A stretch of 64,000 nucleotides of DNA from Acidobacteriota bacterium (GTDB lineage Bacteria > Acidobacteriota > UBA6911 > RPQK01 > JAJDTT01). The translations under genes and the position numbers were made by a program. The stretch covers positions 1,376,001-1,440,000 of the forward strand of contig OZ242374.1 in NCBI GenBank assembly GCA_965209055.1, given 5' to 3'. The notes below the pieces were generated by a model. That model was not told where the DNA came from. It saw nothing but the letters and a program-made list of their open reading frames with translations, and did no database searches. Each line of letters starts with the position of its first letter. The first letter of the stretch is position 1. Positions 1-9,941 of the stretch are shown piece after piece.

Positions 1-215
1 GCAAGGATCTCTATGTCTACGCCGTGGACCTGCAGTTGAACCAGAACGTGAGACTGGAGCGGCTTCCAAGCGTCGTGGTGGCCGCCACGACCTGGACGAC
101 GGGGTGCCGGGTCGGCGCCGTATCGGCCGACTCGGTCCGCGTGCTGGCCCAGGTGGCCGCCCAGTCGGTGGATCGCTTCATCGAGGACTACCGGACCGCC
201 AATTCGGCGAATTGA
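1..215 (+). CDS. 3' end of a hypothetical protein (truncated by window edge)
   Basis: Frame is open from the edge (KDLYVYAVDLQLNQ...DRFIEDYRTANSAN) to TGA at 213-215, with GC3-rich codons. Confidence 0.6.
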   Translation, partial: KDLYVYAVDLQLNQNVRLERLPSVVVAATTWTTGCRVGAVSADSVRVLAQVAAQSVDRFIEDYRTANSAN

Positions 216-244
216 TCCGCACCCGGCGAATCCTGTCCGCCTGC

Positions 245-1702
245 CTATTTTTCGGCGCCGGCCTGTTTCAGCGCCCGCACGGCTCCGACATGGCCTCGTT
301 GCGCGGCCATCATCATGGCGGTCTGGCCATTCTCGGCCCGGGCGTGCAGCTTGGCGCCGGCCGCCGCCAACGCCTTCACGGTGGCCGGATCGTCCTTGCT
401 GGCGGCGACCATGAGTGCCGTCATCCGATGTTCGGCCCGGGCGTTGACATCGGCGCCCGCATCCAGCAGCACCTGAACCAGTTCGGCGTACATTCCGGCC
501 GCCGCCCACATCAGGGGGGTCTGCCCGCTGTGGTCCTTTTCCTTCACTTTGGCCCCGCGGGCGATCAGGGCCGTGACCAGGGACGTGCGTCCCGCCACGC
601 AGGACCACATGAGCGGCGTCAGGCCATGCTTGTCCTTGTAATTGACCTCGATGTCCGGGTGGGTGAGCAGGGCCAAGCCAAGGGGCGAGAAGCCTCTCTC
701 GATAGCCAGGAGCAGAGCCCGTTCGTTTTTCTTGTTCCGGGCGTTGACATCGGCGCCAGCCGCCAGCACAGCCTGGGCCGCCACGATGAAACCCCTGCGG
801 GCGGCCTCCAGTAGAGGAGTGTTCCTGTTTCGGTCCGGCGTATTGGGGTCGGCGCCCGCCGCCAACAGGGATTGGACCGATGAGACGTCCCCCATTTCCA
901 CCGCCAGGAGAAGGGGAGTCTTTTTCTCCTTGTCCTTCTTCTCGAAATCGGCACCCGCCTGAATCAGAGCGTGGAGAGCGGCCCCCTCGCCGTTGGCCGC
1001 GGCAATCATGACGGGAGTCCGGCCGTCTCGATCCGGAGCGTCGGCGTCGGCTCCCGCCGTCAGGAGAGCCTGCACCATGGCGGCGTCGCCGCGGGACGCA
1101 GCGAAATGAAGTGCCGTCTCATTCCGCCGGTTCCGGCCCTTGACATCGGCGCCCGCCGCCAGCAGGGCTCGAACCGTAGCTGCGTCCCCCGTCTCGGCCG
1201 CGCCCAGCAAGGGCGTCGTCGGCCGAGGGCCCCCGGTGTTCACGTCGGCTCCCGCGGCCAGCAAGGCCTGAACCGTGGATGAGGCTCCGCCTTCCGCAGC
1301 CAATTGGAGTGGCCGCCGCTGCTGCCGGTCTTCGGCCGTCGTGGACGCCCCCTTGATCAATAGCGCCTGCGTGATCGTGGCGTCACCCCGTTCCGCCGCC
1401 ACCAACAGCGGCGTCCTTCCGTTGCTATCTGCCAGATTCGGATCGGCGCCCCGGAGCAGCAAGGTCCAGATGGCGTTCAAGTCGCCTCGGTCCACCGCGA
1501 CCAGCAACAGGGATCGGCCCCGCTCGTCGATGGAATTGACGTCGGCGACGGCTCCAATTAGTCTCTCGAAGGTCTCGACATCCCCCCTCTCGATGGCATC
1601 GACCAAGGTCCGCTGGTCAGATTCGGGGGCGCCGTAGGCAACGGCAAGAAAGCATCCGAGGAGAGCGATCCGGATGATCCCTGTGAGCGGCTTCCACATC
1701 AT
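245..1702 (-). CDS. Secreted ankyrin-repeat protein (about 12 repeats)
   Basis: Repeated G-x-TPLxxAA...LLxxGADVN motifs. Signal-peptide-like N-terminus (MMWKPLTGIIRIALLGCFLAVAYGA) starts at the ATG at 1702. Confidence 0.9.
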   Translation of the reverse strand: MMWKPLTGIIRIALLGCFLAVAYGAPESDQRTLVDAIERGDVETFERLIGAVADVNSIDERGRSLLLVAVDRGDLNAIWTLLLRGADPNLADSNGRTPLLVAAERGDATITQALLIKGASTTAEDRQQRRPLQLAAEGGASSTVQALLAAGADVNTGGPRPTTPLLGAAETGDAATVRALLAAGADVKGRNRRNETALHFAASRGDAAMVQALLTAGADADAPDRDGRTPVMIAAANGEGAALHALIQAGADFEKKDKEKKTPLLLAVEMGDVSSVQSLLAAGADPNTPDRNRNTPLLEAARRGFIVAAQAVLAAGADVNARNKKNERALLLAIERGFSPLGLALLTHPDIEVNYKDKHGLTPLMWSCVAGRTSLVTALIARGAKVKEKDHSGQTPLMWAAAGMYAELVQVLLDAGADVNARAEHRMTALMVAASKDDPATVKALAAAGAKLHARAENGQTAMMMAAQRGHVGAVRALKQAGAEK

Positions 1703-1881
1703 GTCCGGGGGTCCCGCCGGCCGGTTTCCGAAATGGCAAACCCGGGCCCGTGAAACCAAGAATAGCATAGTGTTTTCCCGGGGCCCCGAGAGGGTATCGA
1801 GCGTACGCGGGACGGCGTCCGGATTCGCCGCCTGGTCCGGTGACGAAACCTTGAACGGCACTCCAGGTCAGGAACATTGAG

Positions 1882-3438
1882 ATGAAGAGAAGGGATTTCG
1901 TCAGAGCTTCGTTGGGTTTGCCGGCCGCCGGTCTGGCGGCGGTTCCGGCGGCGGCCGGACAGGGCCTGGAGCCGGCGTCGAGGCCGCGGCCCGGGATCCT
2001 GGAGTTGGCGGGACAGAAGCAGCTTTTTCTTGACGATTGGATGATCGAGGAGGCGAACCGGATCTCCCGCTTCATGTATCGCCCATGGAAATATCCGGGA
2101 AATCCCATCCTGCAGCGGGATCGGCCGTGGGAAATGGGAGATGCCTCCGAATATTTTCGCGGAGTTCAAATTTTTGGCCAGAGCGTCCTCTACGACGAAG
2201 AGGACAAGATCTTCAAGATGTGGTACCTGCCGTGGGGTTTCCGGGATGGAAGCCGCCTCTGGTGCCATGCCGTCTCTGAAGACGGCTACAACTGGGAGAA
2301 GCCTGAACTGGGCATCTACGACTTCCAGGGATCCAAGCAGAACAACATCATGGCCAATTTCGGGGATCCCAATTACTTCAACGTCATCAAGGATCCACAC
2401 GACCCCGATCCCCAGCGGCGTTACAAGGCCTTGGGCGAACAGGAGGGCCCGGTTCCCAACCAAACCGGCGGCGCCGCGGTGGCCTTTTCTCCCGACGGCC
2501 TGCACTGGACGCCTTGGCCCGGGAACCCGGTGATTCGCCACGGGGCCAATCTGGGCGACGGGCCCACTTTGATGGGGTGGGACCCGCTTCGAAAGAAACA
2601 TGTCCTGTATCCCCGGCCCGGCCACCCGTTGGCCATGGAAATCCACGGCAACGGCGTCCACCGGCATATCCGCACCATCGGCTATTCCGAGAGTGACGAT
2701 TTTGTCCACTGGACACCCACGCGCATCATGCTGGCGCCGGACCGGCACGACCGGGTCGATTACCAATTCATGTGCTTCACCTCAGGGGTGACCGCAGGCA
2801 TCTACGTGGGTTTTCTCTGGATGCACGAAACCCACGAGCAGGTGTGGGACATCTTCCTGATGACCAGCCGCGACGGGTTCAACTGGAGCTGGGTGGATCG
2901 GAAAGTCCCATTTCTGGGCCGGGGTGAGATCGGAAGCTACGACGCCGGCTACATGTCCCCCAACGGGCCCATCTTCCATGACGGGAAGATCTGGATCTAC
3001 TACTGCGCCTTCAGCGGAGCCCACAGCTACCGTCCGAGCAAGCTGGGCTCCAGGAACAACATATCGATCGCCCTGGCGACACTTCCCGAAGATCGGTGGC
3101 TGGGCCTGCTGGCCGGTCCTTTCCAAGGGACGATCCTGACCCGGCCCTTCACCTTTACCGGCTCGAAACTGATGCTGGACATCGACGCTTCGCTGCCCAT
3201 GGAGCTCCCCAAGAGCTATCGCAATTTCGATGAGTGCGAGGTCCGGGGAGCGCTCGTGGACCCGTCGGGAGGGAGCATCGAAGGCTTCTCGCTGGAGCAG
3301 TCGATTCCACTGCTGGAGAGCGGGCGTCAGGAGTTGCGCTGGCGTGGCGCCCAGGTCTCCCAACTGGAAGGCAAGCCGGTGAGATTGCGGTTGGCCATGC
3401 GGGCGGCGGCCCTCTACTCGCTCCAGTTCGTCTCCTGA
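1882..3438 (+). CDS. Tat-exported five-bladed beta-propeller protein, glycoside-hydrolase-like (GH32/43/130 clan-like), substrate unknown
   Basis: Twin-arginine signal MKRRDFV. Repeated S-x-DG-x-x-W boxes (SEDGYNW, SPDGLHW, SDDFVHW, SRDGFNW) and GNP(I/V) motifs. Confidence 0.7.
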   Translation: MKRRDFVRASLGLPAAGLAAVPAAAGQGLEPASRPRPGILELAGQKQLFLDDWMIEEANRISRFMYRPWKYPGNPILQRDRPWEMGDASEYFRGVQIFGQSVLYDEEDKIFKMWYLPWGFRDGSRLWCHAVSEDGYNWEKPELGIYDFQGSKQNNIMANFGDPNYFNVIKDPHDPDPQRRYKALGEQEGPVPNQTGGAAVAFSPDGLHWTPWPGNPVIRHGANLGDGPTLMGWDPLRKKHVLYPRPGHPLAMEIHGNGVHRHIRTIGYSESDDFVHWTPTRIMLAPDRHDRVDYQFMCFTSGVTAGIYVGFLWMHETHEQVWDIFLMTSRDGFNWSWVDRKVPFLGRGEIGSYDAGYMSPNGPIFHDGKIWIYYCAFSGAHSYRPSKLGSRNNISIALATLPEDRWLGLLAGPFQGTILTRPFTFTGSKLMLDIDASLPMELPKSYRNFDECEVRGALVDPSGGSIEGFSLEQSIPLLESGRQELRWRGAQVSQLEGKPVRLRLAMRAAALYSLQFVS

Positions 3439-3456
3439 CGACCGGTCGTAGTAGAC

Positions 3457-4479
3457 TTGGGCGCGAGGTCGGACTTGAGGAAATCCAGATTCCTGATTAC
3501 CGGCGGCGCCGGTTTCATCGGCTCCCACGCGGCGGACGCGCTGATCGCCAGGGGAGACCGTGTCGTCGTCGTGGACAACCTGTCGACGGGACGCCTCTCC
3601 AACATCCGGCATCTTCTGGACCATCCACGATTCCAATTCGTTCGCGCCAACATCACCGACGAAGTCGTGATGGATCGTCTCGCCTCCACCTCCGACGTCA
3701 TACTCCATTTCGCGGCAGCCGTGGGCGTCCAGCTCATCGTCCGGGACCCCGTCCACACCATCGAGACCAACATCATGGGGACCGAGGCCATTCTCAAGGC
3801 CGCCCTCCGCTACCGATGCCGTGTTCTGTTGGCGAGTACGTCGGAGGTCTACGGCAAGGGGGTGAAGATCCCGTTCAGCGAGGAAGACGACCTGCTGCTG
3901 GGGGGAACCCAAAAGAGCCGGTGGGCTTACGGCGCCAGCAAGATGATCGACGAGTTTCTGGGCTTGGCCTACCAGCGGCAATACGACCTCGACGTCGTCG
4001 TGTTCAGGCTCTTCAACACCGTCGGACCGCGCCAGCGGGGGCGCTACGGCATGGTGGTGCCTCGATTCATCCGCCAGGCCCTCGCCGGAGAGCCCATCAC
4101 GGTCTACGGTGACGGCTCCCAGACCCGATGCTTCTGCGACGTCAGAGATGCCGCCGAGGCCCTGATCCGCCTGGCCGCGAGTCCCGGTGCAACGGGGGGT
4201 GTCTACAATGTCGGCAACGATCAGGAGGTTTCCATCAACCAACTCGCTCGCCGGGTCAGGGTTCTGACCGGATCCTCCTCACCCATCGTCCATATTTCCT
4301 ACTCCGAAGCCTATGGGAAGGGCTTCGAGGACATGCAGCGCCGCGTGCCCGACCTCTCCCGAATCCGGGCGCTCGTGGGATGGAGATCCACCCGGACTCT
4401 GGACGAGATCCTGATTGCAGTAAGAGACCATGAGCAGCCCCTTCCGGACCGCCTCAAAGTTGAATCCGCTCCCTCCTGA
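3457..4479 (+). CDS. NAD-dependent nucleotide-sugar epimerase/dehydratase (extended SDR)
   Basis: ITGGAGFIGSH, STSEVYG, YxxxK (YGASK), RLFNTVGPRQ and GDGSQTRCF. Start codon uncertain. Confidence 0.9.
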   Translation: MGARSDLRKSRFLITGGAGFIGSHAADALIARGDRVVVVDNLSTGRLSNIRHLLDHPRFQFVRANITDEVVMDRLASTSDVILHFAAAVGVQLIVRDPVHTIETNIMGTEAILKAALRYRCRVLLASTSEVYGKGVKIPFSEEDDLLLGGTQKSRWAYGASKMIDEFLGLAYQRQYDLDVVVFRLFNTVGPRQRGRYGMVVPRFIRQALAGEPITVYGDGSQTRCFCDVRDAAEALIRLAASPGATGGVYNVGNDQEVSINQLARRVRVLTGSSSPIVHISYSEAYGKGFEDMQRRVPDLSRIRALVGWRSTRTLDEILIAVRDHEQPLPDRLKVESAPS

Positions 4480-5596
4480 CAGCCCCGCGCAGGAACCGGT
4501 GCCCCTGCTGGATCTGAAGCGGCAGACCCGGCTGCTGGAACCCCGGATCACGGCCGCCATGCGCGAAGTCCTGGATTCCGGCGAGTTCATTCTGGGTCCG
4601 GCTGTCGTTCGGCTGGAGGAGAGGATGGCCCGTTACTGCCAGTGCCGCTACGCCGTGGCCGTCGCTTCGGGGACCGACGCGCTGCGCCTGACCCTTTCGG
4701 CTCTCGGCGTCGGCCCCGGCGACGAAGTGATCACGACCCCCTTCAGCTTCGTTGCGACGGCGGGCACCATTCTCCGTTGCGGTGCGACCCCGGTGTTCGC
4801 CGACATCGACCCCGGCAGCTACAACCTGGATCCGGACCGGATCGAGTCCGCCATCACCTCCCGAACCCGGGCGATCCTCCCGGTTCACCTCTATGGGCAG
4901 CCGGCGGACATGGATCCGATTCGGGACCTGGCGGCGGCGCGGGGGTTGAAGGTGATCGAGGACTGTGCGCAGGCGGCGGGAGCCTGCTACGGCGGCGCGG
5001 TGGTCGGTTCCCTGGGCGACGCCGGCTGTCTCAGCTTCTTCCCTACCAAGAATCTGGGGGCCTTCGGCGACGCAGGGATGATCGTCACCGACAACGCCGA
5101 ATTCGGCGAGCGGCTGGCCCTCCTCCGGAATCAGGGGAACCGCCGCAAGCACCGGGCCGACGTCCTTGGGTTCAACAGCCGGATGGACACTCTCCAGGCC
5201 GCCATACTCGAGGTCAAGCTGGATTCTCTGGAGGATTGGAACTCCCGACGGCAAGCCATCGCCCGGCGTTACAACCGTTGGCTCGGAGAAACTCCCGTCA
5301 GGACGCCGCCAGAATCTCGCCGCAGCCGCCACGTCTACAACGTCTACACGCTGCGGGCGCCTCGCCGTGACCGGCTCGCCAACCGGCTGGCCGGCCGGGG
5401 AATTGGAAACGCCGTCTACTATCCGGTCCCTCTACATCTCCAGGGAGCCTTCTCCCGCCTGGGGCACACTCCGGGAAGCCTGCCGGCGGCCGAGACGGCA
5501 AGCCGCGAGGTGATCTCGCTACCCATCTTTCCCGAGCTGACGCTGGAACAGCAGAGGCGGGTCTGCGAGGAAATAGTCGACTTCTACCGGGACTGA
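4430..5596 (+). CDS. DegT/DnrJ/EryC1/StrS family PLP-dependent sugar aminotransferase
   Basis: SGTDAL, PVHLYGQ, IEDCAQA, SFFPTKNLGAFGDAG (PLP lysine) and GFNSRMD. Confidence 0.93.
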   Translation: MSSPFRTASKLNPLPPDSPAQEPVPLLDLKRQTRLLEPRITAAMREVLDSGEFILGPAVVRLEERMARYCQCRYAVAVASGTDALRLTLSALGVGPGDEVITTPFSFVATAGTILRCGATPVFADIDPGSYNLDPDRIESAITSRTRAILPVHLYGQPADMDPIRDLAAARGLKVIEDCAQAAGACYGGAVVGSLGDAGCLSFFPTKNLGAFGDAGMIVTDNAEFGERLALLRNQGNRRKHRADVLGFNSRMDTLQAAILEVKLDSLEDWNSRRQAIARRYNRWLGETPVRTPPESRRSRHVYNVYTLRAPRRDRLANRLAGRGIGNAVYYPVPLHLQGAFSRLGHTPGSLPAAETASREVISLPIFPELTLEQQRRVCEEIVDFYRD

Positions 5597-5642
5597 CGGC
5601 CATTCCCGTGCCCGATCAAGCCTCAATCGAGGCGGCCAGGAA

Positions 5643-5728
5643 TGCCCGGAGTGGGACTCGAACCCACACGGAGGTGAACCTCCTCAGGATTTTAAGTCCT
5701 GTGCGTCTGCCAATTCCGCCATCCGGGC
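5643..5728 (-). tRNA. tRNA-Leu (anticodon TAA)
   Basis: Minus strand reads GCCCGGATGGCGGAATTGGCAGACGCACAGGACTTAAAATCCTG...GGGTTCGAGTCCCACTCCGGGCA. It has a long variable arm, and CCA is not encoded. Confidence 0.96.
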
Positions 5729-5956
5729 ACATAATTCCTTCCCCTCGGAACCTGGATGCAAAAACCTCCGAAAAAAACTCACGCTCGATCAGTCACTTAA
5801 TGCCAGATTCATCGTGGGATATGACCGGCGCTGCATCCACGACCTCCGTGTTGGTCCGAACTTCCTTCCCGGACGACTCGATTCATGAGGATTCTACCAT
5901 CCTCGGATCGGGTCCGGCTGGCCGGCGCCATCCTTCGCCTTGCGGTGAATCACGAC

Positions 5957-5965
5957 TGCTATAAT
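5957..5965 (+). promoter_or_regulatory. Extended -10 element of gltX (probably leaderless)
   Basis: TGcTATAAT ends 8 nt before the gltX ATG, and there is no Shine-Dalgarno sequence. Confidence 0.6.
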
Positions 5966-5973
5966 CGGACGCC

Positions 5974-7407
5974 ATGAGCCGCGTCCGGGTCCGTTTCGCC
6001 CCCAGCCCAACCGGATACCTTCACCTCGGCGGCGCCAGGACCGCCCTCTTCAACTGGCTCCTGGCCAGAAAAGCGCAGGGAACCTTCATTTTGCGAGTTG
6101 AAGATACGGACGCCCGGCGTTCCAGCCAGGAAATGGCAGAAGGAATCATGGACGGGCTGCGCTGGCTGGGTCTGGACTGGGACCAGGGACCCTTCTACCA
6201 GTCGCAGCGGCGCGAGCTCTATCGGGAAGCGGCCGAAAGAACCTTTGCCGGCAATCATGCCTACGCCTGCTTCTGTCCTCCGGAGGAAATTCAGGCTCGC
6301 TCGGCCGAGTCCCGCTCGGCCGGCCGGATCTGGAGAGACCAGGGTTGCCGGAATCGAGCCTCGCACCTTGCCAGGTCGCGAGTCGAGGCGGGAGAAGCCC
6401 ACACCCTCCGCTTCCGGGTTCCGGCGGACCGCAGGATCGTCTTTCAGGACCAAGTCTACGGAAAGGTATCGCTCTTTACGGACAACGTCGAGGACTTCAC
6501 CCTTCTCCGGTCCGACGGAAGTCCCACCTACCACCTGAGCGTGGTGACCGACGATTGGGAGATGGGAATCTCCCACGTGATCCGGGGAGCGGACCATCTT
6601 TCCAACACTCCGAAGCAGATCCTGCTGCATGAGGCACTTGGCAACCAGGCGCCCGGCTATGCCCACCTTCCCCTGATTCTGGGTCCCGACAAGAAACGGC
6701 TGAGCAAGAGGAACGGGGCCGAGTCGGTGCTCGAGTATCGGGAACATGGATTCCTTCCCGGGGCTCTGTGCAATTATCTGGCGCTCCTCGGCTGGTCTCC
6801 GGGCGACGACCGCGAACTCTTTTCCGACGGCGAGCTGGTGAAGAGCTTCGATCTGGCCCGGGTCAACAAGGCCAACGCCGTCTTCGATCGGCGGAAGTTG
6901 GAGTGGATGAATTCCCGCTATCTGGCCGACTCGAACAGCCATGACCTGACCCGGCACCTGCAACCGTTCCTTGAACCCTCCGGAGACGGTCAGAATGACG
7001 GGCGCCTGCTTCCGGTCATCACCCTGCTCAAGAGCCGATTGAACCGGCTCTCGGACTTTCCCGAGATGGCGGTTCCTTTTCTGACCGACGAATTCGACTA
7101 TGAATCCAAGGCGGTGAGCCGCCACTTTTCCCTCGCTGACCCGGAGGAACGCTCCCGGCTCCGAAGATGGTTGGAGACCCTGGCCGCTGAATACGAGCAG
7201 CTCAAAGAGTTCAACCTGGAGACGGTGGAGGCGGTGCTCCGGGGAACGGCCAAGGACTCGGGCTTCAAGATCGGGGCCTTCTTCGGCGCCGTGCGGGTGG
7301 CGCTGACGGGAAGGACCGCGGCTCCGGGAATCTTCGATGTGATCGTGACATTGGGGCGGCAAAGAGTCGTCGAGCGCCTTAAAAGGTGTCTGAAACTCCT
7401 CCAATGA
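5974..7407 (+). CDS. gltX: Glutamate--tRNA ligase
   Basis: RFAPSPTGYLHLGG (HIGH), LRVEDTD, IRGADH and RLSKR (KMSKS), plus a C-terminal anticodon-binding domain. Confidence 0.96.
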   Translation: MSRVRVRFAPSPTGYLHLGGARTALFNWLLARKAQGTFILRVEDTDARRSSQEMAEGIMDGLRWLGLDWDQGPFYQSQRRELYREAAERTFAGNHAYACFCPPEEIQARSAESRSAGRIWRDQGCRNRASHLARSRVEAGEAHTLRFRVPADRRIVFQDQVYGKVSLFTDNVEDFTLLRSDGSPTYHLSVVTDDWEMGISHVIRGADHLSNTPKQILLHEALGNQAPGYAHLPLILGPDKKRLSKRNGAESVLEYREHGFLPGALCNYLALLGWSPGDDRELFSDGELVKSFDLARVNKANAVFDRRKLEWMNSRYLADSNSHDLTRHLQPFLEPSGDGQNDGRLLPVITLLKSRLNRLSDFPEMAVPFLTDEFDYESKAVSRHFSLADPEERSRLRRWLETLAAEYEQLKEFNLETVEAVLRGTAKDSGFKIGAFFGAVRVALTGRTAAPGIFDVIVTLGRQRVVERLKRCLKLLQ

Positions 7408-8195
7408 GGCCCGTCGTCCTCTCCGTCATCATCCCCGCATACAACGAGGAGAACCGGCTGGGAGCCAGTCTCGGGAGAATCATCTCCTACCTGGAGGACC
7501 GCCGCCGTCCCTTCGAACTTCTGGTCGTAGACGACGGCTCGTCCGATAAAACGGTGCGGACCGCCATTTCGGCGGTGCGGGACCGTGGGAGCGAAGAGTG
7601 TCTCCGGATCCTGCAGAACGGGACCAACCGGGGCAAGGGCTACAGTGTCCGCCGCGGAATGCTCGCCGCCCGCGGGACGCACGCCCTCCTCACCGACGCG
7701 GATCTGAGCACTCCCATCGAGGAGGTCGCCAAGCTGGAACGGGAGATGACCCGCGGCAACCATCAGATCGCGTTTGGGTCGAGGGGCCTGACGGACTCCC
7801 GGATCCGGAAGCGCCAGAGCATATTCCGGGAAACGGCCGGAAAGATTTTCAACTTGGCCATGAGACTCTTGACGGGATTGCCGTACTGCGACACCCAGTG
7901 CGGATTCAAGCTGTTCGAATTGGAATCATGCCGCGTCCTGTTCCGGAAGCAGCGGCTGACGAGCTATGCCTTCGACGTGGAAATCCTTTATCTTGCCCGC
8001 AAGGCCGAGCTGGCGGCTCGAGAGGTCGGGGTCATCTGGCGACACCACTCCGACAGCAGGATCCGCCTCCTCAGAGACGGCGCCGGACTCCTGCAGGGTC
8101 TGGTCTCCATCCGTTGGAACGATCTGCTCGGCCGCTACGACCGGGATGAACGAGACCAGAATCGACGAACGACAACCGAGGGGAGCGACTCATGA
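7404..8195 (+). CDS. Glycosyltransferase family 2 (polyprenyl-phosphate glycosyltransferase-like)
   Basis: [34 protein letters not shown] and FDVEIL. ATGA overlap with the gltX stop. Confidence 0.9.
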   Translation: MRPVVLSVIIPAYNEENRLGASLGRIISYLEDRRRPFELLVVDDGSSDKTVRTAISAVRDRGSEECLRILQNGTNRGKGYSVRRGMLAARGTHALLTDADLSTPIEEVAKLEREMTRGNHQIAFGSRGLTDSRIRKRQSIFRETAGKIFNLAMRLLTGLPYCDTQCGFKLFELESCRVLFRKQRLTSYAFDVEILYLARKAELAAREVGVIWRHHSDSRIRLLRDGAGLLQGLVSIRWNDLLGRYDRDERDQNRRTTTEGSDS

Positions 8196-8926
8196 CCAGA
8201 CTGGGTGTGAATGTGGACCACGTGGCCACGGTTCGGCAGGCTCGCCGGGCCCCCGAACCGGATCCGGTGACGGCGGCGCTGCTGGCCGAGTTGGCGGGCG
8301 CCGACGGCATCACCGTACACTTGCGCGGAGACCGGCGCCATATTCGAGAGCGGGACGTGCGGTTGCTGCGGGAGGTCGTCACCACCCGGCTCAACCTGGA
8401 AATGGCCGTCACCGAAGAGATGATGGAGATCGCGGGCCGGCTCCGCCCCAATACCGCCACCCTGGTGCCCGAAACCGATGAAGAGGTCACCACCGAGGGC
8501 GGACTGGATGTGATGGCGCGTCCCCAATCGGTCCGTTCCGCGATCCGAACCCTGGAAGGAGCCGGGATGGAGGTTTCCCTGTTCATCGATCCCGACCTGG
8601 ATCAGTTGGATGCCGCCTCCCGGATCGGCGCAGGCCTGGTGGAACTCAACACGGCAGCCTATGCCGAGGCCGTGCCCAAGGGATTGTCGGAGCATGAACC
8701 GGGCTACCGGCGGGAATTGGACAAGATGGTCGAAGCCTCGGAATTTGCCGCGGCCCGGGGCATTCGGGTCCTGGCCGGTCACGGCCTGACCTATCGAAAC
8801 GTCCGGCCCATATCGCGAATCCCACAGGTCGAAGAACTCAACATCGGACACAACATCGTGGCGCGAGCCACTCTGGTGGGCATGGAGCGCGCCGTCAGAG
8901 AGATGCTCGGCGCCATGAACGCATGA
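8192..8926 (+). CDS. pdxJ: Pyridoxine 5'-phosphate synthase
   Basis: [39 protein letters not shown] and ELNIGH. Confidence 0.97.
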   Translation: MTRLGVNVDHVATVRQARRAPEPDPVTAALLAELAGADGITVHLRGDRRHIRERDVRLLREVVTTRLNLEMAVTEEMMEIAGRLRPNTATLVPETDEEVTTEGGLDVMARPQSVRSAIRTLEGAGMEVSLFIDPDLDQLDAASRIGAGLVELNTAAYAEAVPKGLSEHEPGYRRELDKMVEASEFAAARGIRVLAGHGLTYRNVRPISRIPQVEELNIGHNIVARATLVGMERAVREMLGAMNA

Positions 8927-9825
8927 ATTCCGAGAGAGGTCTTCTCCCGCCTGAAAACGCCTCGCCTGGAACTCTGCATGTACTGGCCACGCCATTGGGC
9001 CACCTGGGGGATCTGAGCCCGCGGGCGCGCGAAATCCTCGCGTCCGTCGATCTCATCGCCTGCGAAGACACCCGGCATTCGGGAAGGCTGCTCGCCGGTT
9101 TCGCCATCCGGACTCCCACCGTCAGCTACCACGAACACAACGAAACGTCTCAGGCCCGGACCCTGTTGGACCGCCTCCGGCGGGGCCGGAACATCGCCCT
9201 GATCAGCAATGCCGGCACACCCCTGGTTTCGGACCCCGGTTACCGCCTGGTCAAGCTCTGCCGGAAGAACTCGATTCCGGTCTCACCGGTTCCCGGTCCC
9301 TCGGCCGCCATCGCCGCTCTGTCGGTTTCCGGCCTTCCCACCGATCGATTTCTGTTTGCCGGTTTCCTTCCCAGGCAATCCGGATCCATGCGGCGCGAGC
9401 TGAAGGCGCTGAAGGATTTGAAGGCAACGCTGATTCTCTATGTGGCGCCGCACCGGCTGGCCGCCACCCTGGAGATGGCCCGGGAGGTCCTGGGCGATCG
9501 TCACGCCTGCCTGGCCAGGGAGATGACCAAGATCCACGAAAGCTTCACCCTGGGAACCCTGAGCGAGATACCCTCCCGGGCCGGCACCCGGCCGAAAGGG
9601 GAGTGCACGCTGGTCATCGAAGGGGCGGCATCCCAGCCGTCAGCAGCTCCCAACCTGGACCTGGAAGCCTACGTGGAAGGACTGATGCAGGTTCGGGATC
9701 TGACTCGCAGTCAGGCCGTACGATCCGCCGCGCGCGCCTTGGGGCTCCGCCGCCGCGAGGTCTACCGCCGCTGCCTCGAAGCTGAAGAGCTGTCCGGGCG
9801 CCGTGCGGAATCCGATCAAATCTGA
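8923..9825 (+). CDS. rsmI: 16S rRNA (cytidine1402-2'-O)-methyltransferase
   Basis: [37 protein letters not shown] and REMTKIHE. Confidence 0.94.
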   Translation: MNSERGLLPPENASPGTLHVLATPLGHLGDLSPRAREILASVDLIACEDTRHSGRLLAGFAIRTPTVSYHEHNETSQARTLLDRLRRGRNIALISNAGTPLVSDPGYRLVKLCRKNSIPVSPVPGPSAAIAALSVSGLPTDRFLFAGFLPRQSGSMRRELKALKDLKATLILYVAPHRLAATLEMAREVLGDRHACLAREMTKIHESFTLGTLSEIPSRAGTRPKGECTLVIEGAASQPSAAPNLDLEAYVEGLMQVRDLTRSQAVRSAARALGLRRREVYRRCLEAEELSGRRAESDQI

Positions 9826-9909
9826 GGAAATATGCAGAATATCTGCAATTCGGTCGGAATATTCTCACTCAACTTGACTGAGCACCATTATTTTCTGTAT
9901 AAATATGAA
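9823..9909 (+). promoter_or_regulatory. Sigma70-type promoter with ARG-box-like (ArgR/AhrC) sites upstream of the arg operon
   Basis: AT-rich patch with -35 TTGACT (9874-9879), an 18-nt spacer and -10 TATAAA (9898-9903). ARG-box-like TGTATAAATATGAA (9896-9909) overlaps the -10, and TGAGGAAATATGCA (9823-9836) is a weaker match to the consensus TGMATWWWWATKCA. Confidence 0.6.
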
Positions 9910-9941
9910 TTCTTGCCCCTGAGCGGGACGGGTGACAGAGC

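Noticed and set aside
1-5642. Island integrated at the tRNA-Leu 3' end
   Set aside because: No integrase next to the tRNA and no duplicated tRNA 3' fragment visible in the window.
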